In this document: positions 1 to 12,410 of the stretch, one piece after another
Numbering within the stretch: position 1 is the stretch's first letter
How the letters are laid out: each line of letters starts with the position of its first letter
The notes under the pieces: model-generated
Databases searched by the model: none
The model's input: the letters and a program-made list of their open reading frames with translations, nothing else
What the model was told of the DNA's origin: nothing
Origin: Paramecium tetraurelia
Taxonomy: Eukaryota
DNA length: 64,000 nt
Direction of reading: 5' to 3'
NCBI GenBank assembly: GCA_000165425.1
Contig: CT868196.1
Span: 124,001-188,000, forward strand
Made by a program: the position numbers and the translations under genes

Positions 1-1729
1 AATATTTTAGTTTTATATTTACTATTTTCTTTATTTCTTTTATATATTCATCTAATTTCATTTCTTGTTACATAAAATTTTATATTTTTTCAGATAGATA
101 ATGCATTTCTGGAGTTAACTATGATGTGCCAAACATATATCTTAAGTTTTATTTAATTTCATTTGAAAGGTACATTATTTTCGATAATTAAACAAACTCC
201 AATTTAATCTAATATTTAATCACTTACTGTTATGAACTTATTTTTTTGTTCCTCTATTTATTCTCAAGTTATTTATCGGGATCTATTTGAGTCGACGATT
301 GAAAATCATTTCTTAAAGTTGCAGAAAAAGAATAAAGATTTTAAAGGCTCTAATTTAAGCTTTTAGTAGACGTTTTTTAATTCAATTTCCCGTACATTAA
401 TTAATTAAAGTGCTTTATCGATTAAATAGGCCATCCATTGTTCGCTAATAATGCTCCATATAGAATTATATAATATTAGAGTTAATTACTTGCAAAATTT
501 TAACTAAAGATATATCTTCTTACCTATTTTAATTTTTAATTAACAAAATCTTTATCAATTTCATAAGTAAGTGCAGCAGCATCCCTTGAATCTATGTAAT
601 TGATTTATTGATTACAAATGCATTTTGCAATTCTACATCTTTTTTAATGATAATTATAAATGTAAAGCTTGTAAATTAGAGGTTGAAAATAATTATTTTA
701 CTTTTTTACTAAAATTTGAGTAATGGCAAATAAGTCAGTTTGTTACTTTGAAAATGCTAAGTTTTCCAATTTTATATTAATCTTAGCATCAATTTTTAGC
801 ATTATTTAAAGTAATAAAGGAAAGGAAAATAATGTGTAGATAAATACCTGAAATGATTGCATTTAAAGGATTAATTAGAGAAGTGAATAAAATACATAGA
901 GTATGTTAAATGAATCAGAAAAGTAAATAATAAATTTTTTAGAGTTTTCTATGACTATTTAATTCTGTTGTAAATTGAGGGCATCCAATGAAGAGCTTAA
1001 TAAAACAAGTAAATGAATAACCCAAGAAAAAATCTAAGATTTTTCCACAACTGAAAATAAAATAATAATAATTAAATTTAAAAATTAAATTATGTATTCT
1101 TTAACTGTTACTCTTAATCGATCAAAACATATAATCTTACCATCTATTGATTCTTCAGTTATTTATAAATGATATATTGCCTCCAATTATAATATCACAA
1201 AACATAAAATTCCAAATAATATATTAATTTAATTACGTTGGTTTACTTACAATTAATAATTTTTATTACTTAAAAATAAACAACATAATTTTGTAAATAA
1301 TATATTATATTTATTTTAATTTTATTTTTTTTTATTCCCAATCATTTTATTTATATAAATATATTTCTTTTCTTTTTTCTCTTCCAATATTAATAATGCA
1401 TAATCTAGTTTCTCTATAATTATAATTCCTAATATCAAATTATCAACAAAATTCTTAACAACTTCAAACGTTTACAAAAACAAGTCAATCCTAAATATTA
1501 CAAGTAAAACTTTGTTAAAAAAATATAAATCTTTTCCTTCCGTCCAATCGTAATCAAAGTATAGCAAAAAGTATATCAGCTAAAACCTACAAATAAATAG
1601 AAGTATTAGTTAGAATTTCGAATTCAATATTATACTTTTTTTAGAGTGCAATGTAATCGATATTGTTTTGTTTAATATATCTGTTAGCCCTATATATTTC
1701 TTGTTTGATTTTTCAAACTCTTTTTTCAT
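1..1729 (-). CDS. Large multi-pass membrane protein, PAS/TmcB-TmcC-like ciliate family (5' part; runs off window edge)
   Basis: Code-6 ORF from ATG 1729, MKKEFEKSNKKYIGLTDIL...KFQLILLFICRFQLIYFLLYFDYDW. Collinear with the paralog at 2821-7894. Confidence 0.75.
907..1224. repeat. ~318 bp near-identical direct repeat, copy 1 (copy 2 at 7069-7386)
   Basis: Manual ungapped alignment at offset 6162 gives 12 mismatches in 318 bp. Confidence 0.9.
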
Positions 1730-2820
1730 TATGATTTGATTTTTGATAATAAATATATTGATAAGTTAGTATTGAATTTAGTGATAAACCAATATTTATT
1801 AATAAACCCTATATATAAAATATATAGTAAATTTAAATTGCTTAAAATAAAATATAATAAAAGGAGATAATATTAATATCATACTGATAATATTTGCATT
1901 ATCTATTGAGTACAATATTAGATAACTTTAAGAGATATACTGTTAGTTTAATATCTAAACAACAAATTAATTAAATTAATTTATAATTGCAGACTTCATG
2001 GATGAATTTCATAATGAATTATATTATGTTGATATTTCAAAGTGATTCCCTGTATAGTTTTAAATAGGTAGGAAATATAATTTTAATACAATCTTGTTAA
2101 CTTGTATCAAATAGTGCGTTTTTTTTAATTATCATAAACCAAATAATTTGCTTATAATTTAGTCATACTTATAAGCGATCTAAAATATATGCCCTTCAGT
2201 GATTTTATTTCATGACACCGATGATGAAAATTGTAAGAAATAATTTTTTAGTTTACAATTATATGTACTTACTTATAGTTCCTAATTAAAAATTTAAATA
2301 TATTATCCGAGAGATGAAAAGAGAAAATATAGTATCGATAAAAATTCAAAAAATTGATTTTTAAAGAATCCAAATAAGTTTATTCTTTTAACAGCTTTTA
2401 TTATCAGATTTCTTAATATTACCATAGAGGAATATGGAATACTTTAAAAATTGAATGTATTAAGCCCTTAAGTTCATTTATATTTGTTTAATTTTAATCT
2501 TACAAATTTTATATCATTGGGAATAAATCAAAATTTTGATTAGTATTATCTTATAAGACAATAGAGTAATAATAAATATTAGATCATTTTATTCGGGGAT
2601 GAAGAACTACTTGAAGAATATTGAGGCATATAAAATTTTAGTTTTATATTGAAGTTTAATTTGTAAGGTTATCGATCAAACTAATGAAATAAATCAATAG
2701 CCCCTCTATATTAATTAATTAGTACTAATAAATATTTTTGAGTTGAAGAATTATATTATACAACTATTAAACGATTATTTTTTTTTTAAAACATAAAAAT
2801 ACACATATAATTAATGTAAA

Positions 2821-5800
2821 TCATTTTAATTCTTAATTTAAGGCTAACTGCTTTAAAAATCTCTAGAAAGATTCATCTCCTAATACTATCTATTGTGGTA
2901 CTAAATATACAATCCTTCTTAACATAGCATATTCCTTTACTAATAGATTCTTGAGTATAAACACAACAACTAATAGGAAAATAATCAAATAGCAAAAAAA
3001 TATAACCGTAATTATGAGAGTGAATTCATTTTATTCGGTGGTAATTTATTTCAATCCTACCTAAAATTCATCTGAAATCCTAAAAAATGATCTAATAACT
3101 ATTTAAGACCCTTCTAATTCATACAGATTTACTTCAGCTCTTTTAGTAAAATTATTAACAGCCTATTAACTTTTAATTTGACTTGACATAAAATTAAGAA
3201 CTGATATTTAACCTGTTTTTAATAGGCCATCAAATGATTTTTCACAATACAATGACATAAAATTGAGATATATCTAAAAATAATAAAATAGAAATTACTT
3301 AATCCACAAATTCGCAGAGATCATGAGTTTACTAATATTCAAAAAAAGAAATAAATTAGTCAGATAATAAATATTTATCTGCCTAAAAGGAACTTGTAAA
3401 AACTAAATATTGTTAAATATTAGTTTATGCTTTGTCAATTAGTAAATATGCTCTATCTAAATCGTAAGCTGTTAAATAAGTAAAATTTTTCCATCTTAAC
3501 AAATGTTCTCTGTACATATACATTGATCCACTTCTGAATTTTAAATTTTATATCATAAAGTAAAAATCTGCTGTGTCATCATACTTACTTATATATTCAT
3601 TTGTTTTAATTTAAATAACTATTATATAAACTGAAAATATGCAAGCTACAAAAGTCAAAAACACCAAAATATTTCTTCTTGCAAATTTAATTGACGCATC
3701 ATTTTCTACGATTTTCTTTGCATTTTAGATTTTGTTTAAAGCCACATAATTATTCATCATTTATTCTTAGCGTTGAAGATCAAACTAATATGAGTATATA
3801 AATTCTTAATTTGCAGTAATCAATTTCTATAATTGATTAAGTTTGTCAATTTCCAATTGTACTTTTTATTTATCAACAAAATTTAATAACTATAAAAATC
3901 GATCATATAACTTATAATATTGATGAAATTCACTCATAAGAAAAATTGAGTTGATTATTATAATTAGGGCAAAAAATAAACAAATTATTTACCATTTGAT
4001 TCCTACATTTCTACTTCTATTTTTAGAATATTATAATATATCATTTGTAATGCCTTCAAGTTTATCTTGGATATTATAATAATTTGAAAAAAGAAAAACT
4101 TAATAAGGTTAGCCTGCTGTGCTCTGTCTCTTTTAAAATGTTCTCATTTATGCAAATTAATATTGTAGTATAATCAATAAACATTCTCTAAATGTCTTAG
4201 GTTCCATAGCATAATTTTCTGTATCATTGTTTCTCATAAATAGTAGTGTCATCTCCTCTTCATCTAAAAACATTTTCAAATAATCATTGTCTAGTTAATG
4301 ATAAAAACTGTCTCTCAATTCGTAATATCCAAATTAAATATTTAGATAGTATGGTTCAGTCAAATTTGTAACTTTGCTAGTAGGAATAAATCCTTCTCTT
4401 GCCATCTATTGATATGAAGTGATAGTATTTCTCATTGAGAAAAATAAATCATGAGGTCCTTATATGCTTGCATGCAGAGCAATAATCTCGATATCTGAAA
4501 TAAATTATTATATATCATTATGAAGAATTGATACAACTAAGAATAGGCATATAGTTTAAATCAGCACAAATAAAATAAAAGTAGCCAGGGCAATTTTTAA
4601 AATTTTAGGAATTTTTAATTTAGTCAAAGAGTCCAATAATTCATATTTTTTTATAATTTCACTATTACCCCCAACATCTGTTAATTGTAATGAATTTTTC
4701 AATAAATTTTCAATTTATTTTTAATCCGCTCTTAAATTGAAACCATCATGATCCATACTATTCTGATGTTTATTTAGTTTTTAATATGTATTTATGGTGT
4801 AATAATCTTATTATGATGAAAGACGTAACAATTTATTTTGTTGTTTTTCAATTAATTGACTAGTGCTTTTATTAGGAGATAGCATTATTTAAAGTTAGTC
4901 CATCTTTAGATAAACTTCTTCTTAATCAACTTCTTTAACTGCAAATAAATTGATAATTTAGCTATTCTTTTGCATATTCTAGGAATATGTTTCTCTATTT
5001 CTTATTGTAAATTAATTAATGAGCCTTGGCATAGCTTCTTCTATGGATAAATTTAACTAACTGATTTCAAAACTTTATGATTATTCGTGATTTTTTATAC
5101 TTTCGCTAGATTTATCTTAAGTTTTAGTAAATTTTTAAGTTTAAACCAAAGAATCAATTTGTATAACATAATAATTGTAACCATAAATTTCATAAACATA
5201 AATAGTAATACTTGAATAATACGATTTTACATGCTGATCATCCCATAATTTCAGCAAAAACTATGCTTCCTGATGAATTGAATCAAAATTTTCATTTTGC
5301 AATTCATTAAAAAAATATTCTAAATCAATAAAACATGTATCTATGTTACTGAATTTTAAAACTGATTATTAATTCTCATTTTATACGAATTCATTAAAAT
5401 CAGAAAATATTTATGTTATTTTTATTTGGTAGAAGACAAGAAAACTTGTTATGTTGTCTATGAAAACCTAATTGTAGCCTAAGTTAGAAAGCAAGGATTT
5501 TGTTATTCCTCCTACAACCTAATTGACATCCACCATAATAAAAGGATTTTAAATATCGATTTCTTATAATAATCCAATAATTGTAATTTTTTCTTACTCT
5601 AATTAGACTACATTGTCAAAGCTAAAAATAATTGATTTTGCCAAATCTTTTTTTGTTTTTATAAAACTTTAATTGAATTATTTATAAAATTTAGATTATC
5701 CAATTTTGAAAAATTTTGATATTAACAATGGATGTTCTCTAGATATAAAAGGTAGAAATAGAGAATAGAAATTTATTTCATCGTTAGGACTACACTCAAT

Positions 5801-7894
5801 CATTTGTCTTAAATTAGTTGAATATTTTATTATTTCTGCTCCTTATAAATCATCATCTATCTCTAAAATGATATAGCTTATTTTATTAGAATAAAATTTA
5901 ACATTCATATTTTAATTTAATATTGCTATTGAATCTTCGGAAAGAGATGCTTAGTTGTATAATTTAAAAGCCCCTAATATGTTTCTAAAGATTTCTGCTT
6001 CGTAAAAGATTTATAGTGATAGTAGCCTTTTACTTTGATAATTATCATATTCAAGTTTTAATACATTTTTAAATATCATCAATTTATTTGTAATTAAGGA
6101 TAGACCTTTCATAATTTAAGAAATTTTTTTTTCCTTAATTTGCTAATTTAGATTTTCAAAATATTTGATTTTCAACTTTAAGATTTTCTTAATTTCATTG
6201 ACATGTTAATCCATTTTGAGTTCCTATTTCATAAAAGCTTATATTTATTCTGACAAACTATGTTGTTCTGCTGTAAGCTAATGGCCCCCAAACAAATTTT
6301 TCAGTTAATATTTCGTCTCAGTTAAAAAAAATTAAATTTTTTAAATTTGAATAAAATCAAATTTCACCATCTAAGTTAAAGTGTTTTTCTAAAACCGCTT
6401 TTGATCATTCATTTAAATTTCTTGAAACTTTTTCTCAGGTTCATTTATTGTTTGAGATGAAGAATCATTTTTTTAGGTTACAGAAAAGGAGTTAGGTTTT
6501 AAAATTGATTAATTGATGCTTTGTTGAGAACTTCTCCAATTTTTTCGACCATATATTAATTAATTAAAATGTCTTATTGATTATATTGGCCAACCATTAT
6601 TGGACAATAATGCACCATATAAAACTGTATAATATTAAAGATCATCCAAATTGTCAAATTTATAATTCATAATAAATTTTCTTATTTATTTTAACTTTTT
6701 TTGAATGAAACCTTTGTCTATTTCAGATGTAATTGTAGCTGTATCCTTAGGATCAATTAAAAGCTTATTGTGATGGCAATAACATTAGATGTCATTACAT
6801 TTCTTTTTATGATGATTATAAATGAATAATTTCAAAATGGCTGGAAATTTAGAATTATTTTATTTTTTAATTAGCAATTAAGTTATGGCAAACAATTATA
6901 TCTTTGTTCTCTCAAACGCCTAATGAAAAATAATATAATTTAAGTGTTAATCTACTTTAATTAATATTTAAAGTAATAAAGGAAAGGAGAAGATTGTGTA
7001 AATAATGACTTGAAATGATTGGCTCTAAAGAATTAATTAGATAAGAGAATAACCTACATAGACCATTGTAAATGAATCAGAAAAGTAAATAATAAATTTT
7101 TTAGAGTTTTCTATGACTATTTAATTCTGTTATAAATTGATGGCATTCAATGAAGAGCTCAATAAAACAAGTAAATGAATAATCCAAGAAACAATCTAGG
7201 ATTTTTCCACAACTGAAAATAAAATAATGATAATTAAGTTTAAAAATTAAATTATGTATTCTTTAACTGTTACTCTTAATCTATCAAAACATATAATCTT
7301 ACCATCTATTGATTATTCAGTTATTTATAAATGATAAATTGCCTCCAATTATAATATCACAAAACATAAAATTCCAAATAATATATGAATGTAATTAAGA
7401 TTGCTTATCTCTACTTATTTATACTGCTGATATATAAATAAGCAACTTAATGTTGAAAATAACATATGGAAAACAGTATAAAATAATTGCCCATACAATC
7501 CAATAGATTTTATTAAAAATGGAAGCTTGTTTTACTAAAACTTATCATCAAATGATAGTAATATGTAGGATAAATACTTTATTGTAATAATGCCTAATAT
7601 CGTATAGATACTCAAAGCATACATATTTTCAAATGTAGATATTAAGAGGTCAATTCTAAATATTAATAGCAGAATGTAGTGATAAATATATAAATTATTT
7701 TTGTTTTACCATTCATAATCCAAGTAAAATAAAAAGAATAGCAGCTAAAATTTGCTAAAAAAGAAAAGAATCAATTATATTTCTGATCTTATTCTTACAC
7801 TCCTTTCGGAGTGCATAGTAACTTAAATAATTTTACTAAAAGCATCCCCGATGTAAATTCTTTTATTACTTCTTTTGCTATTTGTCTTTCGCAT
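2821..7894 (-). CDS. Large multi-pass membrane protein with PAS-like domain (TmcB/TmcC-like ciliate family), ~1680 aa
   Basis: Starts MRKTNSKRSNKRIYIG; N-terminal TM bundle; YQSKRLLSLQIFYEAEIFRNILGAF motif; PAS-like FLPFISREHPLLISKFFKIGQSKFY; ends LRRIVYLVPQQIVLGDESFQRFLKQLALNQELK*. One 25-nt intron near 3274-3298 restores frame. Confidence 0.8.
7069..7386. repeat. ~318 bp near-identical direct repeat, copy 2
   Basis: Matches 907-1224 at about 96%. Confidence 0.9.
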
Positions 7895-8830
7895 TTAGCG
7901 ATTAAACTTTATAATAATAATTTAAAATTGTAATTCAATACATATGAATACTTGAAATGCAATGTAATATAAAATTAAATCAAAAATTAAATGTTCTTTA
8001 AATAAATATATATTTTTTATACAACATATATCTTCCTGAAAATAGAATATTATTTCTTATCTTAATATTGCTGCCATTAATATTTCATTGAATTTTGTTA
8101 TTCTACGAATTTGGATATCTAATCTATTTTTAGACACATTTTTGAGCGAGCTAGGACTTTATCTCCCAAAAACTCAAACTGGTCGATTTTAATTTTCACC
8201 CTTTTAAAGATCATTAGAGAGATTTGCAGGTCACTTAATACAAGCTAATGGTAGTTTCTATTATAATTTTACAATGCATTAATAAATGTTGTGGGATTTA
8301 GAAAATAACGATATATGACTTTTCAGTGTTGAATATACTTTTATTCAAAAATGAAAACTGATGTAGTTGAAATTTGGTTAATTGGACACATATTGGATAT
8401 ATTATTTAATACCGTACATATGTTATGACAATTATTGTTATAACTATTTTTTAATTTTTGGGAATAAAATTGTTTATAATATTTATGCTTGAGATTATTC
8501 CTCAAATTCGACAATATCTTTCTTAATAGTAGTGTCATTCACAATTTTTTCACCTTATACTTTATATATATTAATATCCAAAAGTGCTTTCATGTTGTTT
8601 TTATTAAAAAGTAAAATATTTTAAAGTAGTTTATTTTTGCATAATTAGAAATTTATTAATAAATTAAATTATTTTGTAAAAATCAATATCAATAATTTAG
8701 AAAAAAAAAGTTAGTCATTTTCTGTAAAAATACTTAAGAAAAAAGTTTATAATAAATCACAATATTTATAATTTGTTTGCTTAAATCAAAGCTAAATACT
8801 TCAATAGTAAGTTTAAAATAAAAAAATGAA

Positions 8831-9925
8831 TCATAAAACCACAGAGGCTTCTTCATTTATCTTCAGTAATTCGTCTTCAACATTATTAAAGTATAATTAA
8901 ATTTAATGCTTCATGTTTCTTAGTTTTCTAATTTTATCTTAATCTATATTATTTTCCATCTATTTTATCATATTTTATTTAATTATGTCAATTAATTTAA
9001 GATCTTCTGTCACCTTTTAAATAGAATTTTCACTACTTTATCTATTAATAACAGGAATTTATTAAAGGTCCTTAAAACTATTAGTTAGTTTATCTTTTGC
9101 TGTTTACACTCTTTAAAGGAATCTAGATTTAATTATTCCATAATACCTTTACATTTCCTCTATTTCCATTTAGATATTGTTGATCTCTCCTTCTACATGT
9201 TCCTAATAAAACTGCTCAAATGATTTTTTTTAAGGTTCTTTATTTTAATTGTAATTAATGTCTACCCTTTCTTAATTCATCATATAATCCTTGAAACATT
9301 TAGATGATTACAAGCTTTACTCTTATTCATATTCCTTGGAAAAGTTTTGTACATTATTGAACAAGTTCTCCTCCTACCTTCTTTTCCCAATCTAGTCATT
9401 TCCAAAATTAGAAGTATCATAACTGTATTGGTGTTATTATTATGAGTCTTATTAGGATTGAGATAATTTAAACATTTCTTCTATAGTACTTGTTCCAAAC
9501 TGTTATTTAGAATCTCTGATTAATAATGTTTAACCTGAATTTTGAGTAGTTTATTATTGTTGCTAATCTTATTAGACTAACATTTTTTCATATTTATTAA
9601 TAAATTCTCTAACATTATCTTAGTTTAATTCTTATTGTTATGATTAAAAAGTCATTTAATTGCATTTAATTTGAACCTCTTCTGTTAAGGATTCACTAGT
9701 TGGATAATTTCCATTTTTGAGTTTATTAGTATCAAAGCCCTGAATCTGATTTCTATAATAATTGATTTATTTTTCTGATTAAGCTGCCAAAACCATTTCT
9801 AACTATATTATATAAATCTAATTTGATACTTTGATTTGTTCAATCCAACTTAAATATTTTTTTAATTCAATTTTTGCTTCCTTAAATCTTCTGAGTGTAT
9901 GCAATATTTCTTTATCACTTTTCAT
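8831..9925 (-). CDS. Hypothetical Gln-rich/coiled-coil protein
   Basis: Starts MKSDKEILHTLRRFKEAKIELKKYLSWIEQIK, followed by a short GT-AG intron (~9801-9828); likely TGA at 8831. Confidence 0.65.
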
Positions 9926-9949
9926 TAACGAATTTAATTAAAATTAATA

Positions 9950-10934
9950 ATGGATGCAGTAATGAATGGCGCAATAGCTGGAGCTACCACAGTTCTAATC
10001 ACAAACCCATTTGATTTGGCAAAAACACGATTATAAGCTTAAGGGGAACTTGTAGCTGAAGGCCACTATAAGAGAGCATATTCTGGAGTGATAAATACAT
10101 TAATTAAAACTTCATAATCTGAAGGAATCTTTGGAGTTTAGAAAGGCCTGTAAGCTGCAATTGTATTTCAAATTATTATGAATGGATTACGATTTGGAAG
10201 CTATGAGATCGTAAAGGATATTGCAAATGAATAATTCCATTTATATAATTCTCATGGATATGTAAAGGTTTTATCGAATATTGGCATTTCAGCAGGAGTC
10301 GGTTGTTTTAGTGCGTAATTGATAAATATTTAATTCTAGTTTTGTCTCAAGCCCATTTAATATGATTAAAACTAGATTAATGCTTTAAACCAAGGATTTA
10401 CCATGTGGAAATAGATACGATTATTCTGGGCTTATTGATGCTATTTCTAAAATATTTAAATAGGAAGGGTAATTTAATAGAAGAGTTAAATAGATTGAAA
10501 GGACTGTATGCTGGATCATCAATTATGGCGTTCAGAACTGGATTAGGATCTGCAATTTAGTTACCAGTTTTTGATTTTACAAAAGAACATGGAAAAAAAT
10601 GGATCACAAACCAAACTGAATTAAATATGGTGGCTAGTGCTAATGCAACCTTATGGTTATGTTTAATGACCTGTCCTGTTGAGGTAGCTTTGACAAGATA
10701 TTTTAATTAATAATTTGATAAAGTAGTCATATAAAATATTCTAATTAGTTTGGTAATCCCACAGTTTATTAAGGATGTTTCCATGCCATAAAAATAATTT
10801 TTACATCAGAGGGGTTCTTAGGATTATACAAAGGATTAGGAGGTTTATTTTTTAGATCTGGACCATAATCGTTTATCTCATTATTGATTGTCAATCAATT
10901 AAATAGTCTAAGAAATCAAAAAAAAAAATAATGA
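9950..10934 (+). CDS. Mitochondrial carrier (SLC25), OAC1/SLC25A34-35-like
   Basis: Three carrier repeats: NPFDLAKTRLQAQGEL, SPFNMIKTRLMLQ, CPVEVALTRYFNQ; EGIFGVQKGLQAAIVFQIIMNGLRFGSYE. Three 25-26 nt introns. Confidence 0.9.
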
Positions 10935-10975
10935 ATATTGTATCTGTATAATTTTGGTTACAAAACACTAATTAA

Positions 10976-12129
10976 TCATAGATCCTTAATGAATCTAAAA
11001 TTCTCGGGCTCTTTTAATGCTCTTAACAAATTTTGTCGATACTTGAGATGCCAAATAGTATTAGAAATTCTGGAGTTATAAACGTAAGCTACTGACTAAT
11101 TCTTTAAAAAGTATTAACTTTAATAATAGAATATAATAATTACCTTATTATTCGAAAGACTTTATTAAATTCAGAAAACTTTCCTCCATCTACCCAAAGG
11201 TCTCTTAATTATTTGATATTAGTCATTTGATTTTTTTTATTCTTTAGCAAATTCAAAAAGTCATCATATTGTTTATTAGAGAAAAATGATTTAAGTAAAT
11301 CTGGGTTATTCATAATATATGAGATGATTGCTTTCGAAAAATTCTTAGTGATGTTTTTAGTATCATTTATTTTCTTTTCTTTTTTCTTCCTTATTATTTT
11401 GAAGGATTCAGAACTATCAACATGTGAGTGCTTATTATAGTACTTTTTCATCTTTGATGGTTGTGGAAGTTCATTCCAACTGCTTTCTTCTTATCTTATA
11501 ACTTCACTTTAACAAGATTCTTCTAAATTCAGAAATTTTATTTCTTCCTTTTTGAAATGTAAATCTTATTTTATTGCTTTTGGCTTCAAAATGATTGACT
11601 ATTTACAGAGTTAGTTGGATTGTTAAGTATTATTACAGATACCTGATGTGTTTTGTTATTGCTCTAAATTTTAGTGCAACTGCTGTTTATGGTTTTGATT
11701 TAAGTTAAGGAATGGGCAGAATGAGCCATTAGGTGACTAACTGATTAATGCCCCTAACTAGTTTAAGTATTATTGTTAGGCTGGAACTAATAGCAATGGT
11801 CTTTAGAGCAATTTGCTATCAAGAGAATTAGTGATTAGTAGTTCTATATATTTTTGTCTATCCTTGAATTACTCGATTCCTCCATCCAAAGATAGTTTCG
11901 AGACAACCCTTTGATTTTGTTAGGATTATGCTTGCATAATTTTTTAGATTGTTGGGATGTCTCCTGTGATTAATTAGATGGCGTCTTTTTATGAGCCAGG
12001 AACCTTAGGTTCAACAGAATATGATTAGACAGGATCAAAGGATACATCCTATTTAAGGTTTTATTATCTGTGGATTAGAGAATTGTAGGGAAGGAAAGAT
12101 TTCCCATATTTTTTTATGCCTTCCTCCAT
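10976..12129 (-). CDS. Ciliate-family protein with Q-rich N-terminus and conserved C-terminal KNITKNFSKAII...YVYNSRI...HLKYR domain
   Basis: Code-6 ORF from MEEGIKKYGK to ...FRFIKDL*, one intron. C-terminal domain is homologous to the gene at 61276-61820. Confidence 0.75.
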
Positions 12130-12410
12130 ATTTAATTATATTATGATATATTGATAGCATATATTAATTAAAAAGTGAGCTACATGTAAGCCTGATTTTT
12201 GGATACAATGAATTTGTCTTCTTAATTCCAATTTAATGAAATATGAAAGTGTTAAGATTCATTTATATATATAAATATATATTCAATAATATATAATGTT
12301 CAATTAAATTAAAAATCTGGAAACTGTGGTTTAATTTTTGATCATAATAGAAAGTAGTTAGTTTGATTGTGTAATATCGAATTTAATTAAAAATAAAAAT
12401 TATACAACTA

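Noticed and set aside
907..7386. Direct repeats as LTRs or transposon ends
   Set aside because: Both copies are in-frame internal parts of paralogous CDSs; no transposase, RT or target-site duplication seen.
8341..8538. Standard-code ORF from the supplied track
   Set aside because: Wrong genetic code and no recognisable product; at most a weak remnant in another frame.
2340..8600. TGA read as Trp (in-frame TGAs in Trp-like contexts in intergenic frames near 2354, 2622 and 8150-8350)
   Set aside because: All recognisable genes use TGG for Trp and end at TGA. These frames fit pseudogene decay or chance.
9926..9949. Very short divergent spacers (24, 41 and 58 bp at 9926, 17989 and 22770) as special systems
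   Set aside because: Ordinary for this compact genome type, with no functional link or distinctive motif between the partners.
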